NCBI GenBank assembly: GCA_047495785.1
Contig: JBLDXI010000054.1
Location: 1,550,001 to 1,614,000, forward strand
Length of the DNA: 64,000 bases
Origin: Lepidodermella squamata
Lineage: Eukaryota > Animalia > Gastrotricha
Reading direction: 5' to 3'
Position numbers and translations under genes: made by a program. The notes below the pieces were generated by a model. The model was not told the origin of the DNA, made no database searches, and saw nothing but the letters and a program-made list of their open reading frames with translations. This document shows, piece after piece, positions 63,144 through 64,000 of the stretch. Positions within the stretch are counted from its first letter, which is position 1. Each line of letters starts with the position of its first letter.

Positions 63144-64000
63144 GCCTTATTTGAGCTAGGAATATAGAAACTGTCTTCCCAAAATGGTAGAAAATGACCG
63201 CGTACGTTTTAGAAGTTTCGCTGCATTTCTACACAAGTAATTCGTTTATTTTTGGTTTTTTATTTCATCATTTATTTATTATTCCCCCACAATGGCTGCC
63301 AGAAAAGTGTTTTTGCCTCTGGCAATTGGTAACGCCACCTCTCGATTTGTCGATGTGCGGTGAACACGAACGCCGCTATTCACAAAGTCACCCAATTTTA
63401 CAAGAGTTGTAACTTTCTCAATTTTGCCTATTCCTGGCTGGTCGCGTTTACATTGAAAAATAAAAGAAGTTTTTTCAGTGATAGTTGGCCCTTTCTCCGG
63501 ACATTGCATTTCTGCATTTTATGTCGACCGATATTGATTCTGCTGAATCGATCATAATCAAGTACATTGTTGTAGCAAAATTTAGCGATCGATTTGTGAG
63601 CAAGCCACCTGACGCGCTTCTTTCACCATTGACGCCGCAGGGCAAATCGCTCATTTTGTTCTGAATAGACAAAACGTTCATTAATATTAGAGTGCGCCGT
63701 ATAGTTATGGACATTAAGACTTGACTCTGAACAAAGTCGGTTGTCCTTACACCAGATAATTGAATGCCCTGCGTTACAAAAGCCTCACATTACCTCATTA
63801 ATTTTTAAGGATAACTGCGCAGATACTGGAAGCGACAGACAAATCTCTTTTGGCCTAAAATTCCAGTCCTATTACGGCCAACTTACTACTACAACCGACA
63901 GTCCGAATCCAACTGGTCGGAGGAGGGGAAGAAATGGCCATAGCATGGACGGCGTTGCTCAGGAAGCGTTGACTCAGTTTTCATTCACCCTCGTTCGAAA

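Overview
Compact-genome eukaryotic DNA, most likely an invertebrate animal (AT-rich, 50-70 nt GT-AG introns; the ORF track shows only exon fragments). The window is almost entirely tandem gene families for secreted or cell-surface proteins, interleaved with DNA-transposon debris. In order: (1) a 5'-truncated orphan ORF and a nested foldback/MITE complex; (2) a 6-exon coiled-coil plus restriction-endonuclease-fold gene with degenerate catalytic motifs, and a small secreted orphan; (3) three gamma-glutamyl transpeptidases with an atypical signal peptide-Sushi-Sushi-GGT architecture, one of which has lost gamma-glutamyl-binding residues; (4) two tandem, 8-intron, intact Sola1-type DDD transposase genes inside the GGT array; (5) eight polypeptide GalNAc-transferases (GT27), six with a non-canonical C-terminal hydrophobic GPI-signal-like tail, one frameshifted and one predicted catalytically dead; (6) a 62-aa signal-pro-RARR-6Cys peptide precursor missed by the ORF track; (7) two GPI-type Ly6/three-finger genes; (8) three secreted EGF-(L-type-lectin-like)-EGF genes. 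The strongest novelty candidates are the Sushi-GGT fusions and the C-terminally tailed GALNTs, which together suggest a clustered extracellular or surface glyco-modification system. All family assignments come from motif recognition by eye; no database search was run.
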